Notes under the pieces: model-generated
Database searches by the model: none
What the model saw: only the letters and a program-made list of their open reading frames with translations
Told to the model about the DNA's origin: nothing
Source: a virus
Reading direction: 5' to 3' (one strand)
Length of the DNA: 64,000 bases
Virus record (IMG/VR): IMGVR_UViG_3300036715_000875
Span: 1-64,000 of that record
Shown here: piece by piece, positions 20,501-29,970 of the stretch
How positions within the stretch are numbered: position 1 is the stretch's first letter
How the letters are laid out: the number at the start of each line of letters is the position of its first letter
Translations under genes and position numbers: made by a program

Positions 20501-23500
20501 CTATAGTGATATTTTAGCCCCGTCGTCTAAGTTCACTAAGTCTCTAGCTCAAGTAGGTATAACTAAGAAACAAATGGGTGAAAAGTTTGATGAAGAAGGC
20601 GTACTTGGTGTCTTGAAGCTGATGCGTGATGAAGGGTATGGCTTTGGGCAAGCAACCTCTGGTATGGAAGTTCGTGAGAAGTCCGCCTACTTAACAGTAG
20701 CGGGGCAACTTGATAGAGCTAGTAACTTTAGATCAAGTATTATGGGGACTAATGCAGCTGGAGACGCTAATAAGGTTCAAATGTCTTCTCTAGCTAATCA
20801 AACTAAAAATATGTTTAACTCTTGGGGTATTGCACTAGATACTATGGCTGGAGATAAGTTATCCTCTGTTGGAAGATTCTTTGAAGCTATTACATATTCT
20901 CCAAATAAGACTAATAACTTACAAGTTGGAGCAGGAGTAGACTACTATAAAGAGACCCAAGATGGGATTAATGGAGGAAACTCTGGAGTAGGCGGAGCAA
21001 TTATTGGGGGACTAGCTATAGGTGGAGCTGGATATGCCTTACATAAGTTTGCTAAGAATAACCCAGGTGGAGGCCTAGGTAAGATAGGGAGTAAACTCTA
21101 CTCTCCTCCTATAGAAGGTGGAGGGTTTAAAACCGCTTCAGGTGGGTTCTTTGGTGGGGCAGTAGATAAATTTAAAGGCTTATCAGTAGGGGCAAAAGCA
21201 GGTGGAGCCTTAGGTATATTAGAGACTGGGTATAACTTAGTTCAAGCTAGTCAGTCTAAAACACCAGTTAGAACATTTATTCAGGATATGATGCCAACCT
21301 TAATAGGCATAGCTACTGCGGCTATAGCAGCCCCTCTTCTAGGCTTAGGAGCAGTTGCAGCTGGGGGTGTAGGAATCGGTGCAAGTTTATTAGGTGGGTC
21401 AGCTCTTAAAGGTAGTACTGATAAGGCTGTTGATAAAGTAGGTAATTTCTTTGGGACAGACTGGGGCAAGCCAACAGGTAACGAAATTCTACAAGACGCT
21501 GGAGCTCGGTTAGCGGGAAGTAAGTCTACTCTTAGTGACTTATATAAATACGAGAACGCTGTAGGTAAGGCAAAAAATAACCCTTTAAGAGATGGTAAAG
21601 ACGCTACAGAGGCAGATAAGGCTATTACTAGGTCTAATATAACTAAGCAGGGGTTACAATTTAATGAGTCATTTAAGGCTGAAATAGACCAGCTAGAGAA
21701 AGCAACTGGCCAAGTAACAGACTTCTCTAATGCAGGAAGTGCTGATGAGTTACAGAGCCAGCTTAAAAGCTTTAGAAAAAGCTTTAAAGAGAATATAGTA
21801 GTCAAGTCATTTAAACCTATGATGGAAGCTTTAGAAAAGACTTCAGCAACACCTATAGAAGACCTTACAGGTAAAACTGTAGGAGATGCTACTAAAGCTG
21901 CAGAGAGTAAGATAGGCTCTACACTTGCTAACTTAGCAACAGTAGCACCTGAGTTGCTTCTAGCTCAAGGTAAAGAACTAGATAAGGTAACTAGAAAGTA
22001 TTTTGCTGGAGCTCTTAAACAGGATACTAAGCTACTCCAAGATAAGCTAGCTGGAGAAGTCTCTAGTGGTGAGATAACTAAAACTGAGAGTGGTGCTAAG
22101 TATATTAAGGAAAAAGCAAAGCTAACGAATGAAAATACTAAGCGTGAAAAAGCAGTACTTGATAGTAGACGATCTGAAGCATTGACAGGGTATGTTAATC
22201 TTAACTCTTCAGATGAGGTAATGAAGTATGTAGCTGACTTGAAAGGAAACACTGCAAAAGGGGCTATTAGAACAAAAGCTGAAGTAGCAGATAATAAGTT
22301 CACACAAGCTGAGTTTGCTAGTATTGAAAAAGGTTCAGCTACTCAGTACCAAAGACATAGAGAAGAAGAGACTGGGATAGATAAGATTAAAGCTCAGGTT
22401 GTTGAGTTAGTGAATCAGACAGATGAGATTAACCAAGCGTTTAAAAGTTTCTACAAAGATACTATATCTCAAGTTGGCCAGCAAGCAGTAGACCTAGGAA
22501 GAAAGTTTGGTAATACCATGCTTAAGGAAGCTTCAAACCTTGGTAATAGCAATTGGGGTGATACAGCTGGGCTACAACATACTCTAGGGAGTATGGCAGT
22601 AAATGGCCTAAATGAAAAGTATATGAAAACTAGCCCAACAGACCTTGAGTCTAAGAGTGTTATTAGCCTACTTAATAAAAATATTAAGTTTAATACTCTT
22701 GGAGCTTTACAAGCCGGAGGAAATCAAGCTGGAGCTAAAGAGTTTAATGCTATGCTAGCAGCTGAGCCAATTGCAGCAGCTATTGCAGATATGCCTTCTA
22801 CTCTTGAAGGTTTAATTAATAAGCATGGACAAGATCCATTTATGCTTAAGCAGTTTAATGCTAGAAAAGATGCCTTAGAGAATAATGGTATTAATAGAAA
22901 TGTTGATATTGATGCTCTTAAAGGACTAAGCTTCGAAAATATTCTGGCTATGTCAACTAAGCAGAAAGAATCTATAGTTGACCCGCTAGCTAAAAAGAAG
23001 ATGGAGACTAGTAAGAATTTTGAAATTTATCAGCTTGATGCTAAATATGCCTCAATCAAAGAAATGCAAATTGGTGGTAAGAATATTTCTGAAAATCAGT
23101 CTGAAAAAGGCTATGCTCTAAAAGAGAATCATAGGCAGTATGAGTTAGGAATAGCAGCATTCAATAGAAGTCAAGAGTTCCAAAAGACTCAGTTGATGAC
23201 AAACTATTCTAGAAATATAAGGGACTTTAGCGCTAGGATAGACTTCCAGCGCCAAGAAATGGGAATAGGTTTTGCTCAGTCACAAGCAGCAGCTCAAAGA
23301 CAATATGACTTCCAACAGACTATGATAAGGATGCAAGCTGGATGGGCAAAAGCTGATGCGTTAAAAGGGTCAGGAGATAGTAAAGATGATGCAGGTAAGA
23401 AGAGAGACTATGCTATCCAAGACCTAAACCTAAATACTAAGTATAAGACTGAGGATGTTAATAAAGACTTCTCTAGAACAGTAGCGCAGCTGAATACAAG

Positions 23501-25634
23501 CCTTACTAGACAGATAGATGGCATTGATAGAGCTATGCAGTTCTCTAGAGATATGTTTAACCGTAGTATGGATAAGCCAGTTAATCTTACCCTTAATCCA
23601 GCAGCCTTTTTAAAAGTTGCGGATAACTTGAATGATAATACTCTAGCTCTAGATGCCCATAAAGCAGAGCTAGGTGCTAATACTACAGCTATCCAGCAAT
23701 TAGTAGGTCTTCAGCAAACTAAAGAATCTTTAGTAAAAGACGCTTATAAGTATGCTTATAAAAGTGTAGGTGGCGCAGTAACTAATGAAGATGGGACCAC
23801 AAGTGCTAAGTTTACTGAGATGTATGATAAATATATGCAAAATAATAGTGGGCAGTTATTAGATACTGTATTGAATCAGGCAATGAATAAAACTTTCGCT
23901 GGTGCAGGCTTTGATGCAACTAAAGCTCTAACAGACTCTAACTATATTGCTCAGTCAGTTGCGAATCCTGGAGAATCAACTACCCCTGCAGGTATTATGC
24001 AAGGTAGCGGATACTCAGTAGAAGACTTTGTTAATGCCCTATTTAAGGATGGTAGTGGTGAAATCCACGTAACTACATCTCAAGGGGTAGTACTTGAAGC
24101 TCAAGGTAACTTGGCTGGAGCCTTATTTGATTTAGAGACTCAGATGGTAAGCTATCAGAATCAAATATCTGAGGTAGGTATAGCTTTCTCTCAGAATATG
24201 GAGGACGCTAGACTATCGCTTAAGTATTCTTTAGATGATATAGCTACCGCTTATCAAAGAGGTCTTGATGCTATCAATACAGCCTATGCTAGAGATATTG
24301 AACAAATTAGTGATTCTTTACAGCGCGCTATGGAAGCTATCTCTACTAACCTGGATAGACAGGCAGAGTCAGCTGCTTTACAACATCAGTTCCAAATGCA
24401 AGAGGCTGCTATACAGTTCCAGCAAGCTTTAGAAGCTCTATCTAGACAAGAGGCATTTAATAAAGCACAAATGGAGCAAGGGCTTAAAGATGCTCTTACT
24501 GACTTAGCATCAACAGCAGAGTTTAAACTTGGGGAATCGGCTATAAATAATGACCAGAATATAATTAGTATTAACGATCAGTTCGGCAGGCTTATAGAAA
24601 AGCTTGACTTACAAAAAGAAGAAAACATTAGAGCTCTTGAGCAACAGTATAATGATACTCTATCTAAAGTTATAATAGATGCCCAAATAATGCTAGAGAT
24701 GTTTAATAGATCATTAAAGGCTGCATTAACTGAGCAACTACCAGATCTAGCTTATGCAGTTAAGTCTATTGAAGGAGGGATAAATAAAGCTGCAACTGAA
24801 ATGGACTGGAAGTTTGCAGGGGCAATTAAAGCTATCTCTGAAGGCTGGGATAAGGCATTCAAAGATGATGCAACATCTAAGGCTATTAGAGAACTTGGTG
24901 GGGCTACTCTTAGATCAATAGTTGACTCTATGGGTAAAGACCAAGATACAACTATTAAGGATGTCTGGGCTAAGTATGATGAGCCTATTAAGAACGCCTT
25001 TAAAGCCTCATATGACTCATTAGCAACTAATGTACAAACAGCGGCTACTGAGTCAGGAAAGAAAATTGTAGAAGCGGCAGCTGTAGTTCAGCAAAACTCA
25101 GTAGCACTAGACCAAGCATTAACTAAATTAACCACTTTTGGTGAAGCTAGAAGCTCTGACTTAACAAATATGACAACAACGCTAGCTAGTTTAGCAAGCA
25201 CAACTATAAATGCTATGTCTACAATGGCTACACAAATAGCGGCTGCAAGAGATTCTATAGCTCGTGCAGCATCAGCTGGAACAGGATATAACACTGGAGG
25301 GGCAATACCAGGGTATGGTGGAGGAGACTCAGTCCCAGCTATGCTAGAACCTGGTGAGTATGTACTACGTAAAGAGGCTGTAAGGTCTTTAGGAATAGAC
25401 TATGTGGCTGGACTAAATAATTCAATAGTCGGGGCTAAGCTTGGTGATGGATTGTCATCAATATCTATCAAGAATGTAACAAGTTTACCAACGCAAGCCA
25501 CAGAGGCTAAAAGTGGTGATAGTAATATCTCAGTAGGTATTTCAGTTCATCCAGAGATGACTATTAGGTCTATCCAGGATAATATAGAAAAGATTGCTGA
25601 TGGGGTTCATAAAGTATTTCAGGAGTATATGTAA
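14526..25634 (+). CDS. giant tape measure protein (3702 aa)
   Basis: TP901-family tape-measure core at about 19950-20850 (T.FSA.EIA.A...LGQAGF, LA.ATG..L.EA); Gly-rich hydrophobic segments; long Q/A-rich helical repeats; GG.IPG.G..D.VPA.L..GE.V motif. Confidence 0.9.
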   Translation: MEFNARDLIGQIMGIKNAQDATQVRARLNSLKGKVTDTQYNQLTNALESKTKNMPSNPIGRQSNVDLNSLQWGTPNIVQQANELKRSAALEQLALDKQVAMDNLIAKTTDHGRSITPNKPNNSRYKPLNPAVAPYSTLTKDTSISWEVNEFLTRYFTQKSGLSADTQWKAFVRGSSMPKGMQYNSNLEQQVLQEVKALEDRLGGSNQAKQHFSGMSYQSTVREIEGVKVALNTAFSNDKKTALLFALDKGNEDTLSKSLAQMFSLYKGLEKIEVATKSGVKTFTRDSNIISGPTTDNLLQGKAKLAQNANRLKKDHIGTTNYYKPTQAAKTTYENTQAELQAIALKQLEDLSKTAVATMPVGVLEKFLAHTKVKDLKKYGSYFGDQFSKLAQYSLSDNNTLSQTLSPEQVKNIRLATARNRAEEYAVHARAAQKQTVNLGSELGVSKKAIITEASKNLGRDTTKHLEALHAINSFFTESKHDAIAYARQTGSKETNPQALFDKKYPERIGFLDLMKSSRPEVYKSAVSMLMANKNNRTWLESRGLLAENTANPILNLKGLVQEKFTRVLARSISDNPNSIDGRMDPELLNLLSSKALGHANKIFESERNVASPVGALAVKKFEGRLIDNLNDMVEGQKFAKVYNSAGFTQVVNKTLMGDIDLGDTVANRAEQQEKLQQESSRIFSDMIKNHEGKVKVQALEQMKQQAHEQAMFNLGLDSDGMQIETLSLKEKFFGAQSQVNIGKLLKAKNLDKVNSSKLSEFDQLQIKMAKGTMTIEDHKNLMDTAAALGIGNSSNFGSIGGLQKIIKGLREGQYEFNALTVEGKADLSSPRIHISKELRKSILEGFSSDPKINKQQLAEYNKLGLYNEVDGRLEVSKIMKTASESTLMMVKGSPEDKKTRQYLTEYFAGLDVDQLTVGEKKRAVAIHTALASGAAVTQKMVDIRKNAQVKADPHNMIENMYNTLSLDPKNAQYTTLKASQHSILRKKSELTDQALQNMLKYDSVKQFYNNPEVAGKVDGFYASVPVDGAETNKLISRLGEFGTLETSKLRDFRGMKLNDKLNLVGKALHIKYLDSLGTDANGNKVHTARSIAYSSAMNKLSGDIASLTSGQVGRTAKLDIVSKLRGTPVASLVSQKYLENEMANTIAFAHLNTGGDRKFQLGDIVDDLSKARLKAEALTNIERDFGIHREGLGAVQYPFKALAGQGTTELRASRLSMLDSLSNASPLGGQFYDSIDLDPGALGYVAKSTREVAINNHKRNLATSALMKGRQVELPSEEPRLRPFIRAAREGKVKFSATDLLELAKHVPFLRLATGGKIPGKGHVDEVPALLMKGEMVVDRATTESLGIHTNSDYKRFKQAIANGKVKHFAEGGMTDEEKQKIQDALLSQGISLESAAKILESSVGKAPGARLGESVLSLGDEPEYNHTPAAVAVDNGVKPKAPSALKAINTDTIAKKTESANAFRELTNQLKRGTILDAATMLSPKNLLELEQAHGSGFVSKLKPYQELVANSGSLSKVDSIESILSVNNSSSLGADQAAILKKISSSKAQTLNIKERTDSANADFVSNMNNTAMNELAEMWKDPRKAKNMMSRVLEAETTATNPKTVKNVSDMKVKMTELMLGSSYGEVTDALRKGDTSTLSPLGRAALDGLSSNSQQLQDFKKVATPDIAEGVHKYSGAKDDGLTNAMKLVNNNLTEVSKILRTEAKPITNRAEFNQFIGEVLKNNADGGFTAANVDGGAKGAAKAKDMFNTLKGGIDKNQDFDSYHSMGEMGRQAESVQRIKESSQMRWANFKDLMVQNTAFAASYAVLGGATSSIVGATQFIVNLDEKMKNLQAITGSTTPEVAKMASTIKEVSTQTKFSAGEIADAATVLGQAGFSAQDISESLGGVVKLATATGSSLDEATQTLTSALTIWDAPMKASESYANEFTAAINKSKLDINSLGMALQYSGSIAAEGGIPVEDLVTVTSLMKDAGVKSASTSGTGQRLVYSDILAPSSKFTKSLAQVGITKKQMGEKFDEEGVLGVLKLMRDEGYGFGQATSGMEVREKSAYLTVAGQLDRASNFRSSIMGTNAAGDANKVQMSSLANQTKNMFNSWGIALDTMAGDKLSSVGRFFEAITYSPNKTNNLQVGAGVDYYKETQDGINGGNSGVGGAIIGGLAIGGAGYALHKFAKNNPGGGLGKIGSKLYSPPIEGGGFKTASGGFFGGAVDKFKGLSVGAKAGGALGILETGYNLVQASQSKTPVRTFIQDMMPTLIGIATAAIAAPLLGLGAVAAGGVGIGASLLGGSALKGSTDKAVDKVGNFFGTDWGKPTGNEILQDAGARLAGSKSTLSDLYKYENAVGKAKNNPLRDGKDATEADKAITRSNITKQGLQFNESFKAEIDQLEKATGQVTDFSNAGSADELQSQLKSFRKSFKENIVVKSFKPMMEALEKTSATPIEDLTGKTVGDATKAAESKIGSTLANLATVAPELLLAQGKELDKVTRKYFAGALKQDTKLLQDKLAGEVSSGEITKTESGAKYIKEKAKLTNENTKREKAVLDSRRSEALTGYVNLNSSDEVMKYVADLKGNTAKGAIRTKAEVADNKFTQAEFASIEKGSATQYQRHREEETGIDKIKAQVVELVNQTDEINQAFKSFYKDTISQVGQQAVDLGRKFGNTMLKEASNLGNSNWGDTAGLQHTLGSMAVNGLNEKYMKTSPTDLESKSVISLLNKNIKFNTLGALQAGGNQAGAKEFNAMLAAEPIAAAIADMPSTLEGLINKHGQDPFMLKQFNARKDALENNGINRNVDIDALKGLSFENILAMSTKQKESIVDPLAKKKMETSKNFEIYQLDAKYASIKEMQIGGKNISENQSEKGYALKENHRQYELGIAAFNRSQEFQKTQLMTNYSRNIRDFSARIDFQRQEMGIGFAQSQAAAQRQYDFQQTMIRMQAGWAKADALKGSGDSKDDAGKKRDYAIQDLNLNTKYKTEDVNKDFSRTVAQLNTSLTRQIDGIDRAMQFSRDMFNRSMDKPVNLTLNPAAFLKVADNLNDNTLALDAHKAELGANTTAIQQLVGLQQTKESLVKDAYKYAYKSVGGAVTNEDGTTSAKFTEMYDKYMQNNSGQLLDTVLNQAMNKTFAGAGFDATKALTDSNYIAQSVANPGESTTPAGIMQGSGYSVEDFVNALFKDGSGEIHVTTSQGVVLEAQGNLAGALFDLETQMVSYQNQISEVGIAFSQNMEDARLSLKYSLDDIATAYQRGLDAINTAYARDIEQISDSLQRAMEAISTNLDRQAESAALQHQFQMQEAAIQFQQALEALSRQEAFNKAQMEQGLKDALTDLASTAEFKLGESAINNDQNIISINDQFGRLIEKLDLQKEENIRALEQQYNDTLSKVIIDAQIMLEMFNRSLKAALTEQLPDLAYAVKSIEGGINKAATEMDWKFAGAIKAISEGWDKAFKDDATSKAIRELGGATLRSIVDSMGKDQDTTIKDVWAKYDEPIKNAFKASYDSLATNVQTAATESGKKIVEAAAVVQQNSVALDQALTKLTTFGEARSSDLTNMTTTLASLASTTINAMSTMATQIAAARDSIARAASAGTGYNTGGAIPGYGGGDSVPAMLEPGEYVLRKEAVRSLGIDYVAGLNNSIVGAKLGDGLSSISIKNVTSLPTQATEAKSGDSNISVGISVHPEMTIRSIQDNIEKIADGVHKVFQEYM

Positions 25635-26254
25635 TGGCTGTTATTAAAAACTTTCTCTACGACAGTCTATCATATATGGTAACAACAGGTGTTAGTCCTG
25701 TTGTTGTAAATAACCAAGTATATTTGCCTAAAATAAGTATGCCAACTGTTCAATGGTCTATTAGCTTTGGGAATATAAAATCTGACCTAGCTAATTTTAT
25801 CCAAAATATGATCTGGGAAGACGTGAATAACTTATACCTAGCTTCTAATGTATTTCCATCTATGAAATTATTTAAAGTCACTGGTGGAGTATCACCATTC
25901 TATACTTATAGGTATACTCATGAAGAAGTTTTTTATGGGGGTAGCTACTATGATATCACTAATAGAAAGCTATCATTCACAACTGATGGAACTAGTGATT
26001 TTATAACTGATGGAGATCTTATCATAACAATAGCTTCTATAGGGACTATTAGTCTAGAAAATAAGAGAGTTCCTCATTATGTACATTTTACTGATGGAAC
26101 TTTTAAACTTAAGCATACAGCTATGGGCATAGTAGATACTAGTGCAATGTTTACTGAGTATTTTACCCCAACGTTAGATACGCTAATCACTGGTACGGGC
26201 CAGGTAATTACATATGTAGGACGCTCAAATGCTAGTGACTCTGGAATTTTATAA
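25634..26254 (+). CDS. putative distal tail protein
   Basis: Position directly after TMP. Confidence 0.5.
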   Translation: MAVIKNFLYDSLSYMVTTGVSPVVVNNQVYLPKISMPTVQWSISFGNIKSDLANFIQNMIWEDVNNLYLASNVFPSMKLFKVTGGVSPFYTYRYTHEEVFYGGSYYDITNRKLSFTTDGTSDFITDGDLIITIASIGTISLENKRVPHYVHFTDGTFKLKHTAMGIVDTSAMFTEYFTPTLDTLITGTGQVITYVGRSNASDSGIL

Positions 26255-27077
26255 CTCATTTAAAATAGCTAATCATAACCTTGATAGTACAGCTATATTT
26301 ATAGATAGGCTAGAGTTTACTGGACTATCTATAAAACGAGGTATAACAACTGATACAGCTACACTAGTGATTAGTAAAACAGTCTTTGATAGTTTAGGAA
26401 TGTCTCTAATATACTTAGTAATGAATACTCCAGTTAAAGTTAGCTTCTATGATCTTAATACTGAGACGTTTAGACCAGCCTTAGATGGATATGTAGCTAA
26501 GATGTCTAACAAGGGAACTGATAGTGTATCTATGAGTCTAGAGTCTAAGAGTTCTTTTCACTCTAAGCAATTCTTTGTACCTGATATAGACTCATCATGT
26601 CAGAATCAAGCTTACTCAAAGATGTGTGGCTTAAATAGAGATCTATTTAAAGGTGTAGACCCAGTTATATCAATAGACTGTTTAACTGGGGCGATAGATT
26701 ATACTCCAGCATTACAAGGAGCTTTTGGAGATATAGATAATATTTATCTAGCTCATATAGTCTTAGGTGGCTTATTTAATACCCGTGTAGTTAGTATTGA
26801 TAAAGTGGCTAATAAGTTTTATGTTCTATTAAACTACTATGACATGAGTATAACTACAAGTCTGACTGCCTATCTATACTGCAATAAAACATTTGGAATG
26901 TGTTATGAGAGGTTTAATAATGTTAAATCATTTTATGGGTTTCCTTCAATGAGCCAAGGGGTTAAAACATTTAATATATTCTCCGCTACAAATATTACCT
27001 ATTGTGGGCAAAATATAGCTACAACAGATACAGCTAGTTGTAGTAGTGATACTAATTTATTCGGGATACAATTATGA
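26229..27077 (+). CDS. tail tip/hub protein with Cys motif (gpL / GTA-baseplate-like)
   Basis: C....Y...CGL and C.KT...C..RFNN...F.GFP motifs typical of tail tip Fe-S proteins. Confidence 0.7.
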   Translation: MLVTLEFYNSFKIANHNLDSTAIFIDRLEFTGLSIKRGITTDTATLVISKTVFDSLGMSLIYLVMNTPVKVSFYDLNTETFRPALDGYVAKMSNKGTDSVSMSLESKSSFHSKQFFVPDIDSSCQNQAYSKMCGLNRDLFKGVDPVISIDCLTGAIDYTPALQGAFGDIDNIYLAHIVLGGLFNTRVVSIDKVANKFYVLLNYYDMSITTSLTAYLYCNKTFGMCYERFNNVKSFYGFPSMSQGVKTFNIFSATNITYCGQNIATTDTASCSSDTNLFGIQL

Positions 27078-29347
27078 CAGGACTATTAAATAGCTTCGTA
27101 TATGCGGAGAACCTTTGTACAGGCTCACAAGGAGATCAGCTCTCAAACTGTATAACAGAGAATCTAAGGTTTCTACCTTACTTAGATGATAAGACTGAAG
27201 CTACAGTTAAAGATATTGGGTTTATAAAGGCTAAGCAACTTCCATACTTATCAGGTAAAACCTATGTAACTCTACAGCCAATAGGCATAGCTAATGCCAC
27301 TGCTCAGATGATGCAGCAGAATGACTATGGGGTTATTTCATTCAGATGTCTAGAGGCATTTAGTCGCCCTATGTTAAGTATCCCTAGACTACAAGACCTT
27401 GGGCTTCTTGCAAAAGAAATTAATATTACTGAGACTATTATAGTAGAGCCTACAAGTGTAGTAACAGGAGGAGTACCTTTAAGAGACATTACAGCCTGTT
27501 TAGGGGATATCTGGTGTATAGCTGATGCTTATTTATTCAATACTAGAAATCTTTCGCTAAGCTATAGTACCAGTATTGCAACAGTTATTTCTGGACTTGA
27601 GGCGATAAAGAAGCTTATAAATGGGACTGGCGACTATTATACTCTTCCAAGTTTAGCTAGTAAAGTATCCACAGCTTTAGCTAGTGCAAATACAGCCAAT
27701 AGTACAGTTATAAACCAATTTGATCTGGCTATTGCTCATGTGACTTCTATGCCTGTAACATGGGATAGAACATATCTACTAGATACATTTAACTCTGCGA
27801 AGACTCTAATAGTTAGTTCCTTTGATTTAGCTACCTTAAATACTTCAATTCAAACTAATGTAGTCACGCCTCTTAGTGTCATAACAAGTGCAACAGATTT
27901 CACTATCTTTGACTTTAATATAACTGATGGTGTAGCTGTATGGATAACCGCGCTAGACTTATCTAATAGCCAGCAAAAGATCTTTTCTACTCAACAATTA
28001 TTGGGCTCTTGGGGAACTCCTCCATCATATGACCCTTCAGTGACTAACGCTAAACAGTACTTGATTAGAAACGTAGCAGTTATGTATATTTATGAAATAT
28101 TCAATGCAATAACTTATATTCTAGATAAAGTTCAAGTGCTTTATAACGTGTCTAATGTATCTCAGACTATTAATGAAATTACTGAATACGAAGCTAAATT
28201 AGCTATTTATGCTAGTTATCAGGACCATTCTTATAGTTCTATTATATCTCAGTTCACAGATATAACCTTATCAGTAGATAGTATATCTTATGGAGCTAAA
28301 TATACAGCTGCCTTAGAGGTACTAAATACCTTAGTAACTACTTTTAGTACTGGAACAGTTAAAGCAGATATACTAGCTCTAGACCCAGCACTAGATACCT
28401 ATAGAGTTTCAGTAGAGACTAGAATAGATGCTTATTGGGATGCAGCTGGAACTAGTTTTAAAATTCAATTATCAAATATGAAAACTTTAATAGAAGATGC
28501 TATTAGAGTACCAAGTGCTATAGACCTATCAGGGGGAGGGTTAGCCACAAACCCAAATACTCCAACGGCTGTTACCTACTCAGCTTCTGGAGAGGTAATG
28601 ACTTTAAACCTAGGGTATGACTTTAAAGATAAGAATAAGTATTACTTTGCTGATGTAGCTCTTGCAGTTGGCTTCGGTAGGCTTACACAGCTACATTCTA
28701 TTCAAATAGGAGAAGAGCTCTATTTAGCTGAGAATATGCTAGACTCTGCAGGAAACCCAGTAACTGGGATATCTGAGGCTGGGGCATCTAAGTACACCTT
28801 TACTCGTAATGTATTACCTACCTATAGTCCAGTAGTTCAAATGTATATTTACCCTGGATTGCCTAACCAACCATATTGCCCTACAGTAAATGCCTATAAT
28901 AACTTCGCTGTAACTAAGTATTCTGGAATGTTTACAAAGCTACTACCTATATCTGCACAGAATCCCACGGGTTCAACTATGGGACTATATGTATTTACAG
29001 GGTATAAACCCTTAGAAGCAACTGTAGAAAATATATACCAGCTTGGCTCTATAGATATAAATTCTATAAATCTAAATGACCCTACTATAGATGATAAGTC
29101 TTATGAGGCAATGCTACAGAGGCAAGTAGTAAGTCTAACAAACTCAAATTCTCTATTAAGAGATGGTGTTATAACCACAGATGACTTAAAGTACTATTTT
29201 AAAGCAGAGATATTTGATACTACTAACACTATGTCATTATCTAATCTAGCCATTGTTGAGTTCATAAATTTCCCCTTAGGGTCTTCAGTTAAAGTCCCTG
29301 AGATTATTATGAACTTCACTGTAGCTGACCCATATCCAAAGGCTTAA
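27074..29347 (+). CDS. tail tip protein
   Basis: 757 aa; position; C-terminal Y.ADVALAVG.G...L..I.IGE / YPG...Q motif typical of tail hub proteins. Confidence 0.55.
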   Translation: MTGLLNSFVYAENLCTGSQGDQLSNCITENLRFLPYLDDKTEATVKDIGFIKAKQLPYLSGKTYVTLQPIGIANATAQMMQQNDYGVISFRCLEAFSRPMLSIPRLQDLGLLAKEINITETIIVEPTSVVTGGVPLRDITACLGDIWCIADAYLFNTRNLSLSYSTSIATVISGLEAIKKLINGTGDYYTLPSLASKVSTALASANTANSTVINQFDLAIAHVTSMPVTWDRTYLLDTFNSAKTLIVSSFDLATLNTSIQTNVVTPLSVITSATDFTIFDFNITDGVAVWITALDLSNSQQKIFSTQQLLGSWGTPPSYDPSVTNAKQYLIRNVAVMYIYEIFNAITYILDKVQVLYNVSNVSQTINEITEYEAKLAIYASYQDHSYSSIISQFTDITLSVDSISYGAKYTAALEVLNTLVTTFSTGTVKADILALDPALDTYRVSVETRIDAYWDAAGTSFKIQLSNMKTLIEDAIRVPSAIDLSGGGLATNPNTPTAVTYSASGEVMTLNLGYDFKDKNKYYFADVALAVGFGRLTQLHSIQIGEELYLAENMLDSAGNPVTGISEAGASKYTFTRNVLPTYSPVVQMYIYPGLPNQPYCPTVNAYNNFAVTKYSGMFTKLLPISAQNPTGSTMGLYVFTGYKPLEATVENIYQLGSIDINSINLNDPTIDDKSYEAMLQRQVVSLTNSNSLLRDGVITTDDLKYYFKAEIFDTTNTMSLSNLAIVEFINFPLGSSVKVPEIIMNFTVADPYPKA

Positions 29348-29349
29348 CT

Positions 29350-29970
29350 ATGGAACTAACTAACTTCACTAATTTTAGAAATGACTTTCTATCGGACTTA
29401 GAATCTATAGATAGGTTTTCTTTACAGAATGCCCCTCTAGACTATGGGTTAAATCTGCAGTTTAAAACTTTAAGGGACTTATTTGCCTACTTAGTAGGTA
29501 TACATAATATGGAACCTATATTTGGTAATGTAAACACTTTCATAAAGCCAAATGCCCTACTAGCTAACTATACTAAAACCTATGAGCAGTTTATCACTGA
29601 GTCAACCATAAGTGGTGTTAATACGTTTAGCTTCTTACCTATAACAGGACTAGATGAGTCAGGGCTAACTTTCTTTGATAGTGGTTTATATGGAGAGAGA
29701 AATAACTATAAGCCATTAGGTGCAGTAGGAGAGGCTATACTAGACTCTAAGATAACTATGTCTCTTCAAGAAGCTATACAGTTCTTTGATTCCAATTTTA
29801 AAAATAAGTATTTTAAAGGGGCAGTAGTGTTTACTAGCGTCAAGTTCTATACAAAAGGCGAGGTTATTTATATTTCAGATAAGAATTTCTATATCCTAGT
29901 AACCTCCTATAAAGATGAACGTGAAGGTGTTTATTCTTACTCTGGCGTACTAACTGTGAAGGGTTCCTAA
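29350..29970 (+). CDS. tail-associated hypothetical protein
   Basis: ORF in tail operon. Confidence 0.5.
   Translation: MELTNFTNFRNDFLSDLESIDRFSLQNAPLDYGLNLQFKTLRDLFAYLVGIHNMEPIFGNVNTFIKPNALLANYTKTYEQFITESTISGVNTFSFLPITGLDESGLTFFDSGLYGERNNYKPLGAVGEAILDSKITMSLQEAIQFFDSNFKNKYFKGAVVFTSVKFYTKGEVIYISDKNFYILVTSYKDEREGVYSYSGVLTVKGS

Noticed and set aside
16091-25294. Antisense ORFs within the TMP, and similar shadow ORFs elsewhere
   Set aside because: Mirror-frame by-products of codon bias, with no SDs or recognisable motifs.
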